NCBI GenBank assembly: GCA_963932905.1
Contig: CAWVRN010000005.1
Location: 64,001 to 128,000 of the forward strand
Reading direction: 5' to 3'
Length of the DNA stretch: 64,000 nucleotides
From: an uncultured Bdellovibrio sp.
GTDB lineage: Bacteria > Bdellovibrionota > Bdellovibrionia > Bdellovibrionales > Bdellovibrionaceae
Of the stretch, positions 29,219-39,742 are shown in pieces; position 1 is the first letter of the stretch; every line of letters starts with the position of its first letter. The translations under genes and the position numbers were made by a program. The notes beneath the pieces were generated by a model. That model was not told the origin of the DNA and did no database searches. It worked only from the letters and a program-made list of their open reading frames with translations.

Positions 29219-31534
29219 TTACACTGTCTCAGGACGGTTTTTAGAGCTAATTAACGGTGTATGACTGGTGCTAAAATGGAACTTCAGAGCTGACTGTTCC
29301 AGTTCGATAATCACTTTTCCGCCGTCGGTTAGGCGACCAAAGAGAAGCTCATCCACCAAAGGTTTCTTGAAATGCTCTTCCACTGCGCGAGCCATCGGAC
29401 GTGCGCCATAGGCACGATCGTAACCTTTTTTTGCCAACCATTTCATGGCATCTGGAGAAACAATCAATTCGATTTTTTTCTCGGCCAAATTCATTTTTAA
29501 ATCATCTACAAATTTGAACGCTACTTTCACGATGATGTCTTCACTTAGATCTTTAAAATGAACGACGGCATCAAGACGATTTAAAAACTCGGGCGCAAAT
29601 GCTTTCTTAATTGCCTCTTGGCTTAAACGTGAACTTCCCTCGTCAACTAAACCGATGCTGCCTTTGGAAACTTCAAATGCACCGGCATTTGTTGTTAGTA
29701 CAACAATCGTGTTCCTAAAGTCAGCAACACGGCCTTGAGAATCGGTTAGGCGACCTGCATCCATTACTTGAAGTAAAGAGTGAGTGATGTCTGGATGCGC
29801 TTTTTCAATTTCATCTAGTAGGATGACTGAATACGGTTGTTTACTGATAGCTTCTGTTAATAGTCCACCAGATTCATATCCTACATATCCCGGAGGCGCA
29901 CCGATCAGTTTCGCTACGGAATGTTTTTCCATATATTCACTCATGTCAAAACGATGGAATGGAAGCCCCAAGATTTGGGCTAGCTGTTTACAAACTTCCG
30001 TTTTACCAACACCCGTAGGTCCTGCGAACAGGTAACTTCCGATTGGTTTGTCCGGGCGACCTAGTCCGCTGCGGGCTAGTTTCACGCTCGAAGCTAACTT
30101 ATCGATTGCATCGTCTTGGCCGTAGATAAGTGCTTTTAGTTTTTTATCTAGGTCTTTAAGTTTAATGCGTTCGTTAGAAGAAATTTGTGCCAAAGGTAAA
30201 CCTGTCATCTGAGCAATCGTTTCTTCGATAGCTTCGACAGTCACCGCAGCGGGTTCTTCATTTTGATTTTTTAGTTTTAAACTGCTGCCGCATTCATCCA
30301 TCACATCGATGGCTTTATCTGGTAGTAATTTTCCAGAAATATGTTTCTGTGATAAATCGATAGCGGCTTTTAAAGCTTCCATCGAGTATTTAACGTTATG
30401 AAACTTTTCATACTGAGGCGCTAGGCCTTTTAAAATTTCTAAACAATCGCTGACAGATGGTTCGCCCACATCCAAACGTTGGAAGCGGCGATTAAGCGCG
30501 CGATCTTTTTCAAAGTACTGACGGTATTCTGTGTGAGTCGTTGACCCGACACAGGAAACTTCGCCATTCGCAAGAGCGGGTTTTAGTAAATTAGAGGCAT
30601 CTAAACTGCCGCCGCTAGTTGCGCCGGCGCCGACAAGCGTGTGAATTTCGTCAATGAATAAAACGAAGTCAGGATTTTTCTTAATTTCCTTAACGACGGC
30701 TTTAATACGATTTTCAAAATCACCACGGAATTTAGTTCCCGCTAACAGTGATCCCATGTCTAGCGAGTAGATCACTTTGTTTCTTAAGGATTCAGGAACG
30801 TCACCTTCAACGATTTTTTTTGCCAGGCCTTCAACAACCGCTGTTTTTCCAACTCCAGGTTCGCCAATTAGTAGGGGATTGTTTTTAGTTCTGCGAGCAA
30901 GGATTTGAGTCATTCGAGTGATTAAGTCATGACGACCAATCAAAGGATCGACTTTTCCGTTGCGTGCCTTTTCATTTAGGTTCGCGCAAAATTGCTCAAG
31001 AACATTTACTTTTGCATCATCTGCGGGCTGACCATCAAATTCTTTTTTTACCTGGTCTTCAGCATCATTAAACTCAGGATCCTTTTGGATTCCATGCGAA
31101 ATAAAGTTAATGATGTCAAACTGACTGATGCCTTGTTTTGAAAGCGAGAATACCGCGTGAGAATCTTGTTCATAAAAAAATGAAACTAAAAGATTGCCCT
31201 CGGTGATTTGGTTCTTGCCGGCGCTTTTCATTTGTAGAGCTGATCGTTGAATCAATCGATGGCAGGCTAGAGTAAACTCGGGAGTCCAAGATTCGTAACC
31301 ACCGTAGCTTTCTAATTGATCCTCTGTAATTTCAGGAGTGTTGTTTTCCAAATAGTTTAGTAAGTCTTTTTTAAGATCGGGAATTTTAACGCCGCACGCT
31401 TCTAAGATTTCTACCGAGCGCGGCGACTGAGCTAAACTGTATAGAATATGTTCAAGAGTCACAAACTCATGACGCTGTTTTTTAGCCATTTCCGTAGCTT
31501 CAGCCAATCGACGTTCTAATTCTCTTGTCATCAT
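29219..31534 (-). CDS. clpA: ATP-dependent Clp protease ATP-binding subunit ClpA
   Basis: Two AAA+ modules ([16 protein letters not shown]), no ClpB middle domain, adjacent to clpS. Confidence 0.95.
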   Translation of the reverse strand: MMTRELERRLAEATEMAKKQRHEFVTLEHILYSLAQSPRSVEILEACGVKIPDLKKDLLNYLENNTPEITEDQLESYGGYESWTPEFTLACHRLIQRSALQMKSAGKNQITEGNLLVSFFYEQDSHAVFSLSKQGISQFDIINFISHGIQKDPEFNDAEDQVKKEFDGQPADDAKVNVLEQFCANLNEKARNGKVDPLIGRHDLITRMTQILARRTKNNPLLIGEPGVGKTAVVEGLAKKIVEGDVPESLRNKVIYSLDMGSLLAGTKFRGDFENRIKAVVKEIKKNPDFVLFIDEIHTLVGAGATSGGSLDASNLLKPALANGEVSCVGSTTHTEYRQYFEKDRALNRRFQRLDVGEPSVSDCLEILKGLAPQYEKFHNVKYSMEALKAAIDLSQKHISGKLLPDKAIDVMDECGSSLKLKNQNEEPAAVTVEAIEETIAQMTGLPLAQISSNERIKLKDLDKKLKALIYGQDDAIDKLASSVKLARSGLGRPDKPIGSYLFAGPTGVGKTEVCKQLAQILGLPFHRFDMSEYMEKHSVAKLIGAPPGYVGYESGGLLTEAISKQPYSVILLDEIEKAHPDITHSLLQVMDAGRLTDSQGRVADFRNTIVVLTTNAGAFEVSKGSIGLVDEGSSRLSQEAIKKAFAPEFLNRLDAVVHFKDLSEDIIVKVAFKFVDDLKMNLAEKKIELIVSPDAMKWLAKKGYDRAYGARPMARAVEEHFKKPLVDELLFGRLTDGGKVIIELEQSALKFHFSTSHTPLISSKNRPETV

Positions 31535-31561
31535 ATGCGACCTCTTTTGTGATCTTTTTGT

Positions 31562-31903
31562 TTAAGTTTCCTCTAAAATACTTTTTAGAGGGTACTGATT
31601 AAGTTGTGCAAACTGATTTGTTTGCATCACTTTCATCTCTGCAATTTCAAGTGTGTAAACGCCGGCTGTGCCAGCACCTTTTTGGTGTACATCCAGCATA
31701 ATTTTGATCGCGTCTTCTTCTTTTTTACCGAAGAACTTTTTCAAAACTAAAACGACAAAGTCCATAGGGGTGTAATCATCGTTCATTAATATGACTTGAT
31801 ACATCTTTGGAGTATCCACTTTAGGAATAACTTGAACCGAAGAGTCCCCATCAGGAGTAAAAGGTAAGTTTTTATTATCTTGAGACATCCTTATTTCCAT
31901 CAT
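31562..31903 (-). CDS. clpS: N-degron adaptor ClpS
   Basis: YQVILMNDDYTPMDFVV, IMLDVH..G, AEMKV, YPL. Confidence 0.96.
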   Translation of the reverse strand: MMEIRMSQDNKNLPFTPDGDSSVQVIPKVDTPKMYQVILMNDDYTPMDFVVLVLKKFFGKKEEDAIKIMLDVHQKGAGTAGVYTLEIAEMKVMQTNQFAQLNQYPLKSILEET

Positions 31904-32225
31904 TCTTTAAGTTTAATCTTGCGTTTAGACCCTGTCTATCTGGTTCGTAGACGGATCTATAATTTAGTATGTGCATAGATTTTAAAAGCACCAGGTGGAT
32001 ATAGTTTTTTTTATAATCATCCAGTTATCAATGATGAGAATGAATTTTAGGGGGGGCGGTCGTCCAATGCGGGTCTATAGCTAGGATTTAGTCGAGTCAG
32101 CGTCGAGAAAACCGTGTTGCTTAGCATTTGGTCTCGGTATGTATTCAGCAGTGAATCATAATAGTTGTCATGGCGCCGTGTTTTTATCGACTTAATTTTT
32201 AGGTTTGAAAACCGATAGATTGACC

Positions 32226-33545
32226 ATGGATTTTAATGTTTTTGAAAACTCATTTGATGTGGTGATTGTTTATGATGATGCCGGACTCATTGAGTACGCT
32301 AACTCGTCCTTCTATTTATTCTCGGGGTTATCGGTCGCTCGCGTAGTTGGAAAAATGAATTTAACCAAAGTATTTTTGGAAATGGACGACCAACCGTTAC
32401 TACTAAGCAGTTTCGTGGGTATAAAAGACGCGCGACCAATGAAAGTCGTTTCCTTTAAAACAAAAAACATTGAAAAAGGTTTGGGTCAGTATTCTATCGT
32501 TCCCTATGAAGGGAAAAATATCCTGTTCTTCAAAGACGTCACTGTAGAAGAGGAACTTCACAAGAAATACCGCCGAGAGATGGGTTTAAAAGATAAAAAG
32601 ATCGAGGAAATGGACTCTTTAATCGAACTTCTTCAAAAGACACGTTTGGTAAAAGAACCGGGCGAAATTTTGGAAGAGTTTATCAAACATATTCTAAATA
32701 ATTTTGGTTTGGGCGTGGGCTTTTTGAAAAACAATGAAAAGCAAACAGTCATCAAATTAATAAATTCGAATCATTTGGGGCAGTCATCTGTGTTTGATTC
32801 TTTAAATAAAAAAATTCAAGGCATGACTCCATCGGCGAAATATACCTACATAGATTCTTCAAAAATTAAAGACATGTTTTCAACAACGCATATTCACAGT
32901 ATGGTCGTGATCCCAATAAATCCGCAATCGAAAGACGCGTTTGAAATATTTTTGCCAATTCACGGCCCCGAAAAGGATCAGCAGTTTGATCACCAAAAAG
33001 TGATTACGCTGTCGGAACAAATGAAGTTATTGATTCAAAACATGGCACTTGAACGTTTATCTATTTTTGATGACCTAACGAAGTTACACAATTCCAGATT
33101 TTTCAGAGAAAAGCTAACCGAATATACGAATCGATATGAAAAGTTGAATCTAGTATTATTAGATATCGATTTTTTTAAAAAGGTAAACGACACATATGGA
33201 CATCCTGGTGGAGACGCTGTGTTGGTTCATGTGGGTGGAATATTGAAACTGTATCAGGATAAAGAGGTTATGGTATCCCGTGTAGGTGGAGAGGAGTTTG
33301 CAATCCTAGCGCCAAATCAATCCTTAGATGAGACTTTGGATATGGCCGCTAAGATTTCAGAGCAAATCAAATCCAGCGTAATCTATTACGATGATAAGCA
33401 GATCAAATGTACAATTAGCATTGGTATTTGTAGCTGGAACCCAGAAGTGCAATCGGTTAGGGACTTCTATAAAAAGACCGATGAGGCGCTGTATGAAAGT
33501 AAAGCGAATGGTCGTGATCGCATAACGGTACTGCAGTCGGCGTAG
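32226..33545 (+). CDS. Diguanylate cyclase with N-terminal PAS-like domain
   Basis: DDLTKLHN, DIDFFKKVNDTYGH, RVGGEEF, ALYESKANGRDR; start could be TTG 32205. Confidence 0.92.
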   Translation: MDFNVFENSFDVVIVYDDAGLIEYANSSFYLFSGLSVARVVGKMNLTKVFLEMDDQPLLLSSFVGIKDARPMKVVSFKTKNIEKGLGQYSIVPYEGKNILFFKDVTVEEELHKKYRREMGLKDKKIEEMDSLIELLQKTRLVKEPGEILEEFIKHILNNFGLGVGFLKNNEKQTVIKLINSNHLGQSSVFDSLNKKIQGMTPSAKYTYIDSSKIKDMFSTTHIHSMVVIPINPQSKDAFEIFLPIHGPEKDQQFDHQKVITLSEQMKLLIQNMALERLSIFDDLTKLHNSRFFREKLTEYTNRYEKLNLVLLDIDFFKKVNDTYGHPGGDAVLVHVGGILKLYQDKEVMVSRVGGEEFAILAPNQSLDETLDMAAKISEQIKSSVIYYDDKQIKCTISIGICSWNPEVQSVRDFYKKTDEALYESKANGRDRITVLQSA

Positions 33546-33754
33546 TAATTCAGTGCGTGTCATAATGATGCGATCTGGATTTACGCCTAGTAAAGTTTTG
33601 ATGAATGTATTGTTTTGATTCAGATTAAAACTTTTACAGCAGTATCTCTTGAATACAGATGTAGATTATGAAAACATATAAGAGTCTAAATAAGAAAAAT
33701 TAATTTTTATTATAGAAATTAAAAAAAAGAAACAAACAATAAATAGGAGCACGT

Positions 33755-34345
33755 ATGAAAACACCAAAAGTTTTAAATAACCAAAAAGGTTTCTCGCTAG
33801 TCGAGTTAATGGTCGTCGTTGCGATCATTGGTATCTTAGCTGTCATTGGTATTCCTCAATATCAAAAGTTCATGTCTAAGGCACGTCAAGCGGAAGCGAA
33901 GACACATTTGAATGCCATTTTCCAAGGTGAAGCGTCTTTCTTCACAGAGTATAATAACTATACTGTAAGTATGAAATCTATTGGTGCCGCAGCTACGGGT
34001 AACAACTTAAGATATAATGCCGGTGCTTCTACTCTGAATGCATGTGCAGCTGTGAATCCGAACATGCCGCCCGAACAGGTTGCTGCAGCGGATGATGCGA
34101 ATGACTTTCTTGATGCAGCTGTGAATGCCGGTGCCAATCCAGGTACTTGGCAGTATTTTGCGGCTGATGCTGAAAATGACGCTGCTGCCTTCACCTCAGT
34201 TTGTACTGCGGCTGCATACACTCTACATGCTTGGGGCAATCCAACGAACGTGAATGGCGCGGCTCCAAATAATGCTCAGAACAACTTGGATCGTTTCTCA
34301 ATCAATCAAAACAGAGTATTGCAACATGTTTCTGTGGGTATGTAA
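33755..34345 (+). CDS. pilA: Type IVa major pilin
   Basis: Class III signal QKG/FSLVELMVVVAIIGILA, AGGAG SD, own terminator. Confidence 0.88.
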   Translation: MKTPKVLNNQKGFSLVELMVVVAIIGILAVIGIPQYQKFMSKARQAEAKTHLNAIFQGEASFFTEYNNYTVSMKSIGAAATGNNLRYNAGASTLNACAAVNPNMPPEQVAAADDANDFLDAAVNAGANPGTWQYFAADAENDAAAFTSVCTAAAYTLHAWGNPTNVNGAAPNNAQNNLDRFSINQNRVLQHVSVGM

Positions 34346-34371
34346 GAACTTACAAATTATTTAAAATGTTG

Positions 34372-34402
34372 AAAAAAGGGAGTTATATAGCTCCCTTTTT
34401 TG
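34372..34402 (+). terminator. Intrinsic terminator after pilin
   Basis: AAAAAAGGGAGTTA-TA-TAGCTCCCTTTTTT. Confidence 0.8.
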
Positions 34403-34450
34403 TTTTAATAATTGCTTCCCAATGAATAGAAATGTCGTTATTTTATTAGT

Positions 34451-35149
34451 ATGTCATCCGTTTTTTTCTCAGCTGTCTTTGCGATATTAATTGTATTTCT
34501 AAATTCCAATTTGAGGTTTTTCACCTCTGAGAAATATCAGTCTCCGTTAATATGTGTAAGCTCTCTTGCAAGTCATTTTTCTGTTGGTTTAAACTCTCAG
34601 ATAGTCGATGCCTTTTGGATTCGTTTTTTACAAGAGTTAGACGCCTATAACCAGATGGCTATTGCTGAACCGCACTTGTGTCCAGATAAAACATCCAGTT
34701 GGCACTTTCATATTATGAACGTAGCGACGGACTTGGATGGAAAGTTTTACGAGCTCATGGTGCATGCGCCATTATTGGTGGCTATCACAATAGGGGACTC
34801 TAAGGGCGCTTCCATTTTATTTGATAAGTCTGTAGCTAATTTTCCTAACGATTGGAAAATTCTTTATCGTGCTTCTTACCAAGCTCAAATAGAAGAGCGA
34901 AACAATAAAAAAGCTGCCGAGTTGCTTTATCGCGCGGGTAAAAACGGCGCACCTCGCTGGGTAATGAGTTTAGCGGGGGGGCTTTATAACGAAGCGGGAA
35001 GTCGAAGAATGGCGGAACAGATTTATAGCGAACTTCTCGCAGATGAAAAAGATGTTTCCGTTGCTAAACGATTAAAGCAGAAATTGGAAAGTAAGTTAAA
35101 GAATTTCTATGAGCAACCTCCTCCGGCTCCAGAGGAAAAACGGGAGTAA
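34451..35149 (+). CDS. Pilin-adjacent helical (TPR-like) membrane-anchored protein, PilG(delta-type)-like
   Basis: N-terminal TM, D.FWIRFLQ..TDLD.KFY pattern; position right after pilA. Confidence 0.55.
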   Translation: MSSVFFSAVFAILIVFLNSNLRFFTSEKYQSPLICVSSLASHFSVGLNSQIVDAFWIRFLQELDAYNQMAIAEPHLCPDKTSSWHFHIMNVATDLDGKFYELMVHAPLLVAITIGDSKGASILFDKSVANFPNDWKILYRASYQAQIEERNNKKAAELLYRAGKNGAPRWVMSLAGGLYNEAGSRRMAEQIYSELLADEKDVSVAKRLKQKLESKLKNFYEQPPPAPEEKRE

Positions 35150-35151
35150 AT

Positions 35152-35703
35152 ATGAAAACCCACTTAAAAGCTTTAATTGTTACAATCTTAGTGTTTTTTT
35201 TGTTAGTAGGGCTTTATTATAGTTTTACCTCTAACAAGCAAAATGCTTCTGATCAGCGTAAGCCTGTAATTGATGCCAAATTAGTACTCCCTCAAAGTGA
35301 CCTCAAAACCCTCTCCCACGGTAAACTCAACCTCGAACAATTCGCAGACAAGATCATCATTTTCAACTTTTGGGCTAGCTGGTGTGCGCCCTGTATTGAA
35401 GAGGTTCCGTCTCTCATTACGTTAGTAAAAGCGGATACAAACATCGTCGTCATTGCGGTTTCTGGTGATCAGAACAAAGACGATATTCATGCCTTCTTGA
35501 AGTCGTTCCCGGGCTTCAATAAACCACCGATCTATGTGGTACAGGAAAATATGAAAGCTTTAATGGATCATTTCAAGGTTGATAAGCTTCCCGAGAGTTT
35601 CATCTTTAACCCCAAGGGCGAAATGGTTAAGAAAATTTCAGGTACAATAAATTGGCACACGCCAGAGTCTATTGAGTATTTTAAAGTCATTCGGAGTCAA
35701 TAG
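35152..35703 (+). CDS. TlpA/ResA-like thiol:disulfide oxidoreductase
   Basis: N-terminal TM, NFWASWCAPC, LPESF. Confidence 0.9.
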   Translation: MKTHLKALIVTILVFFLLVGLYYSFTSNKQNASDQRKPVIDAKLVLPQSDLKTLSHGKLNLEQFADKIIIFNFWASWCAPCIEEVPSLITLVKADTNIVVIAVSGDQNKDDIHAFLKSFPGFNKPPIYVVQENMKALMDHFKVDKLPESFIFNPKGEMVKKISGTINWHTPESIEYFKVIRSQ

Positions 35704-35736
35704 GCCGAAAACTCTAGGAAATTTACCTTGTCTTAC

Positions 35737-35764
35737 TTGACACAAGTTATAAAAAAAACATAAT
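35737..35764 (+). promoter_or_regulatory. Candidate sigma-70 promoter for dnaJ
   Basis: TTGACA-16 nt-CATAAT, 23 nt before ATG 35788. Confidence 0.5.
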
Positions 35765-35787
35765 TGTTTGGTCTCACAGGAGTTTGC

Positions 35788-36915
35788 ATGTCTAGTTCGC
35801 AAGATTATTACCAAACATTGGGCGTAGCCCGTGATGCTGATGCTGATACCATAAAAAAAGCGTATCGCAAATTAGCTATGCAATTTCATCCCGATCGCAA
35901 TCCCGGCGATAAAGAAGCAGAAGATAAATTCAAAGAAGCAGCCGAAGCTTACGATGTCCTAAGTAATTCCGAAAAACGTGCACAGTATGATCGATTTGGT
36001 CATGCGGCCTTTAAACAGTCCGGTGGACGCGGCTTTCAGGGTGGTTTCGATAATGCGGAAGATATCTTCTCAAACTTCGGCGATATTTTCGGTGATTTAT
36101 TTGGTGGCATGGGTGGCGGTCAAAAACGCTCCAGCCGTTCACGTACAGAGCCTCGTAAGGGTGCTGATCTTCGCTACTTGTGCGAAATTTCACTGAAAGA
36201 CGTGATCACTGGGTTAGAAAAGGAAATTGAATTCGAAACCGAAGAAAACTGCAAAGACTGTAACGGTTCGGGCGCAGAAAAAGGCTCTCAAGCGGAAACG
36301 TGTTCAATGTGCGGTGGCCAAGGCCAAGTCGTCACTCGCCAAGGATTTTTCTCGATGCAAACGGCGTGTCCGCAATGTCGCGGTGAAGGCCAAATTATTA
36401 AAAAGCCTTGCCGCACGTGTAAAGGTTCCGGCCGCAACGAGAAATCAAAACGCATTCAAGTTACAATCCCGGCTGGCGTCGATACAGGAACTCGTCTGCG
36501 AATTTCTGGTGAAGGTGAAGGTGGTTACCGTGGTGGATCTCCAGGCGATTTGTATGTCGAGATTCGAGTGAAAGATAGCGATAAATATGAACGTCATGGC
36601 AGCGATCTGCACACCATTTTAAAAGTTCCTTATGTCCAAATGTTATTGGGCGGTCAAATTGAAGTATCGACGTTAACATCCGATGAGAAATTAGAAATTC
36701 CAAAGGCGTCTCAACCGGGCTCGCAAGTCAAACTGGCTGGCCATGGTTTCCCATCACTACGTTCTCAACGTCGTGGAGATATGTTTTTCCATCTAGAAGC
36801 CGAGTACCCTAAAAAGATCTCAGGTGAGGAAGAAAAACTATTGAAGGAAATCGCAAAACTCTACAAACTCGAGGAGGCGGACTCTAAATCGGGATTTTTT
36901 GGTAAAAAGAAATAA
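35788..36915 (+). CDS. dnaJ: Chaperone DnaJ
   Basis: J-domain HPD, G/F region, four CxxCxGxG repeats; AGGAG SD favours ATG 35788. Confidence 0.97.
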   Translation: MSSSQDYYQTLGVARDADADTIKKAYRKLAMQFHPDRNPGDKEAEDKFKEAAEAYDVLSNSEKRAQYDRFGHAAFKQSGGRGFQGGFDNAEDIFSNFGDIFGDLFGGMGGGQKRSSRSRTEPRKGADLRYLCEISLKDVITGLEKEIEFETEENCKDCNGSGAEKGSQAETCSMCGGQGQVVTRQGFFSMQTACPQCRGEGQIIKKPCRTCKGSGRNEKSKRIQVTIPAGVDTGTRLRISGEGEGGYRGGSPGDLYVEIRVKDSDKYERHGSDLHTILKVPYVQMLLGGQIEVSTLTSDEKLEIPKASQPGSQVKLAGHGFPSLRSQRRGDMFFHLEAEYPKKISGEEEKLLKEIAKLYKLEEADSKSGFFGKKK

Positions 36916-36917
36916 CT

Positions 36918-37361
36918 ATGGATGATCGAGCCAATGTACTAGTCCCAGCTTCAGAATTTGCAAAAATTCTGGCTGACGATCCTAAGGAGTTAAACCAGGC
37001 CGAGCTTAACCGTGGTAACTCAGTCCTTTTAGTCTACAATGACGAAAATTTTGGCTCTCGATTCCCTGATTTAAATTCCCTTAAATTAAGCGTTCTGAAA
37101 ATGGCGATCGAGGATATTTCAGGTCGAGCTCAGATTCTATCTGCCAACAGCATTGGCGTGACCTTTCTTGAAAACAAGCTACAAACGTTTTTAACTCCAT
37201 TTGGAGGGACAACCGAAGGCACAATTGTTTACAAAATAGGCATTAAAAACACGATCGCATTTCAGAAATGGCGTCAGGGCGAGGCTACTGATATCTCACA
37301 AGAAGACATAAATTCAGCTATTTATCGCTTAGTATTTGAGTGGTCCAAACTCCTAAAATAA
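36918..37361 (+). CDS. Hypothetical protein between dnaJ and dnaK
   Basis: 147-aa ORF starting 2 nt after the dnaJ stop; no recognisable motif. Confidence 0.6.
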   Translation: MDDRANVLVPASEFAKILADDPKELNQAELNRGNSVLLVYNDENFGSRFPDLNSLKLSVLKMAIEDISGRAQILSANSIGVTFLENKLQTFLTPFGGTTEGTIVYKIGIKNTIAFQKWRQGEATDISQEDINSAIYRLVFEWSKLLK

Positions 37362-37374
37362 TTGTCCTGTAGAC

Positions 37375-37402
37375 CTTGACCTAATTGATTTCAGCCCCAT
37401 TT
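37375..37402 (+). promoter_or_regulatory. Candidate sigma-32 (RpoH-type) promoter of dnaK
   Basis: CTTGAC-14 nt-CCCCATTT, matching CTTGAA-N13/14-CCCCATNT. Confidence 0.7.
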
Positions 37403-37443
37403 TGAACTATGAGATTGATTCATAATTAAGGGAGATAAATACT

Positions 37444-39360
37444 ATGGGAAAAATTATTGGTATAGACTTAGGAACAACTAACTCGGTCGTAGCAATTATG
37501 GAAGGCGGCGAGCCTAAAGTTCTTGTGAACGAAGAAGGAGCTAGAACGACTCCCTCAGTTGTGGCCTATACAAAAGATAATGAACGATTAGCAGGTCAAA
37601 TTGCTAAACGTCAGGCCGTAACAAATCCAGAAAACACAATTTACTCAGCAAAACGTTTCATCGGTCGTCGATTTTCTGAGATCCAAGAAGAAATTAAATT
37701 AGTTCCTTACACTGTGGTGGAAAAAGGAAACGATATTGGTTTCAAAGTTCGCGATAAAGTGATTTCTCCAGAAGAAATCGGTGCCGCGGTTTTGGCTAAA
37801 CTTAAAAAAGTGGCGGAAGATTATTTAGGCCAGGAAGTGACGGAAGCGGTTGTAACTGTTCCTGCTTATTTCAACGATGCTCAAAGACAAGCAACTAAAG
37901 ATGCGGGTCGTATCGCTGGTTTAGAAATCAAGCGTATCATCAACGAGCCGACAGCAGCCGCGCTAGCTTACGGTTTAGATAAAAAGAAAAATGAAAAAAT
38001 CGCTATCTACGACTTCGGTGGTGGTACATTCGATATCTCGATCCTAGAAGTGGGTGACGGTGTTGTTGAAGTTCGTTCAACAAACGGTGACACGCATCTG
38101 GGTGGTGATAACTTCGATATTCGTATCCTTGAATGGATGATCGCTGAATTCAAAAAAGATCAAGGTATCGATTTGAAAAATGATAAAATGGCGCTTCAAC
38201 GTTTGAAAGAAGCGGCAGAGAAAGCAAAGATCGACTTGTCTTCATCACAAGAGACAGACATCAATCTTCCATTTATCACAATGGACCAAACAGGTCCTAA
38301 GCATTTACAGTTAAAACTTTCTCGTTCTAAATTTGAACAAATGGTTGAAGATTTAGTTACTAAATCTATCGAACCGTGTAAGCAAGCATTGAAAGATGCT
38401 GGTTTGAAAGCCTCTGAAGTGGATGAAATCGTCCTAGTGGGTGGTTCAACTCGTGTTCCTGCGATCCAAAAAGCCGTTAAGGACTTCTTTGGTAAAGAGC
38501 CAAATCGTTCCGTTAACGTGGATGAAGTGGTTGCGATCGGTGCGGCAGTTCAGGGTGGTGTGTTAGCGGGTGATGTGAAAGACGTTCTGTTATTAGACGT
38601 GAATCCTCTTTCACTTGGTATCGAAACTTTGGGCGGTGTTATGACTCCGCTGATCGAAAAGAACACTACGATTCCTACAAAGAAATCGCAGATCTTCTCG
38701 ACAGCTGCGGATAACCAACCGGGCGTGGAAATCCACGTACTTCAAGGTGAACGTAAAATGGCTCCAGATAATAAATCTTTAGGCCGTTTCGAGTTGACTG
38801 GAATTCCGTCGGCTCCACGTGGTGTACCTCAAATTGAAGTGACGTTTGATATCGATGCGAATGGTATCTTGAATGTATCTGCGAAAGATATGGCTTCTGG
38901 TAAAACTCAACAAATCAAAATCACTGCACAAAGTGGTTTGACTGAAGAGGAAATCAAAAAAGCGGTTCAAGAAGCTGAATTACGTGCTGAAGAAGATAAA
39001 GCGAAACTGGAAGCTGCGAAAAACCGTAATGAACTAGAAAATCTTGTTTACCAAACAGAAAAACTAGTGAAAGATAACGGCGCAAAAATTCCAGACGGTG
39101 AGAAGAAAACTCTAGAAACTTTAATGGCTGATGCTAAAAAAGTTCTAGATAACAAATCTTCAACTGGTGACGAGTTAAAAGCTCAATTCACTAAGTTACA
39201 AGAAGCATCTCACAAGTTATCAGCTGAGATGTATAAAAACGCAGGTGGTGCTCAAGGTGCCCAAGGCGGAGCGGCTCCAGGCGGCGAACAAACAGCAGAT
39301 GCAGGTGCTAAAAAAGACGGCGACGACGTTATCGACGCTGACTACAAAGACGTTAACTAA
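37444..39360 (+). CDS. dnaK: Chaperone DnaK
   Basis: [39 protein letters not shown]. Confidence 0.98.
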   Translation: MGKIIGIDLGTTNSVVAIMEGGEPKVLVNEEGARTTPSVVAYTKDNERLAGQIAKRQAVTNPENTIYSAKRFIGRRFSEIQEEIKLVPYTVVEKGNDIGFKVRDKVISPEEIGAAVLAKLKKVAEDYLGQEVTEAVVTVPAYFNDAQRQATKDAGRIAGLEIKRIINEPTAAALAYGLDKKKNEKIAIYDFGGGTFDISILEVGDGVVEVRSTNGDTHLGGDNFDIRILEWMIAEFKKDQGIDLKNDKMALQRLKEAAEKAKIDLSSSQETDINLPFITMDQTGPKHLQLKLSRSKFEQMVEDLVTKSIEPCKQALKDAGLKASEVDEIVLVGGSTRVPAIQKAVKDFFGKEPNRSVNVDEVVAIGAAVQGGVLAGDVKDVLLLDVNPLSLGIETLGGVMTPLIEKNTTIPTKKSQIFSTAADNQPGVEIHVLQGERKMAPDNKSLGRFELTGIPSAPRGVPQIEVTFDIDANGILNVSAKDMASGKTQQIKITAQSGLTEEEIKKAVQEAELRAEEDKAKLEAAKNRNELENLVYQTEKLVKDNGAKIPDGEKKTLETLMADAKKVLDNKSSTGDELKAQFTKLQEASHKLSAEMYKNAGGAQGAQGGAAPGGEQTADAGAKKDGDDVIDADYKDVN

Positions 39361-39365
39361 AATGG

Positions 39366-39416
39366 GTGCCAGGCTACTTTTCTGGAAGCAACGCTTCCAG
39401 AAAAGTAGCCTGGCAC
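39366..39416. repeat. Perfect 24-bp palindrome (REP-doublet-like, probably also terminator)
   Basis: GTGCCAGGCTACTTTTCTGGAAGC-AAC-GCTTCCAGAAAAGTAGCCTGGCAC between convergent genes. Confidence 0.88.
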
Positions 39417-39423
39417 TTTCTGT

Positions 39424-39669
39424 TTATTTTTTCTTTTTGTCGGCTTTTACTTCGATGGTTGAGGCTGTCATTGAGTATTCGATAGTTACTTTGTCGCCTA
39501 CTTTAACTTCGGCGGCGCCTTTGGTTGTTGGGGCTTTGGCTAGTTCCCATTTTTCTTTACCTTTTTGAACTACGATTTTTGTGTCTGTCACTTCTAGTAC
39601 CGGGCCGGTTACTTGGTAGGCCATTGCGGATAGTGAAAGTAAGCTAATTAATACTGCGATCTTTTTCAT
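39424..39669 (-). CDS. Small secreted beta-rich (OB-fold-like) protein
   Basis: AAGGAG SD, signal peptide ending AMA, YQVTGPVLEV..VKVGDKVTIEY. Confidence 0.75.
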   Translation of the reverse strand: MKKIAVLISLLSLSAMAYQVTGPVLEVTDTKIVVQKGKEKWELAKAPTTKGAAEVKVGDKVTIEYSMTASTIEVKADKKKK

Positions 39670-39742
39670 GAAGACTCCTTTGTTTGTGAACCATTAGGCT
39701 ATCTCAAAAAAGTCTTCTGTCTAGATTAGATGCGATAAGTAA

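Noticed and set aside
35704..37443. CIRCE operator for dnaJ/dnaK
   Set aside because: No TTAGCACTC-N9-GAGTGCTAA in either upstream region.
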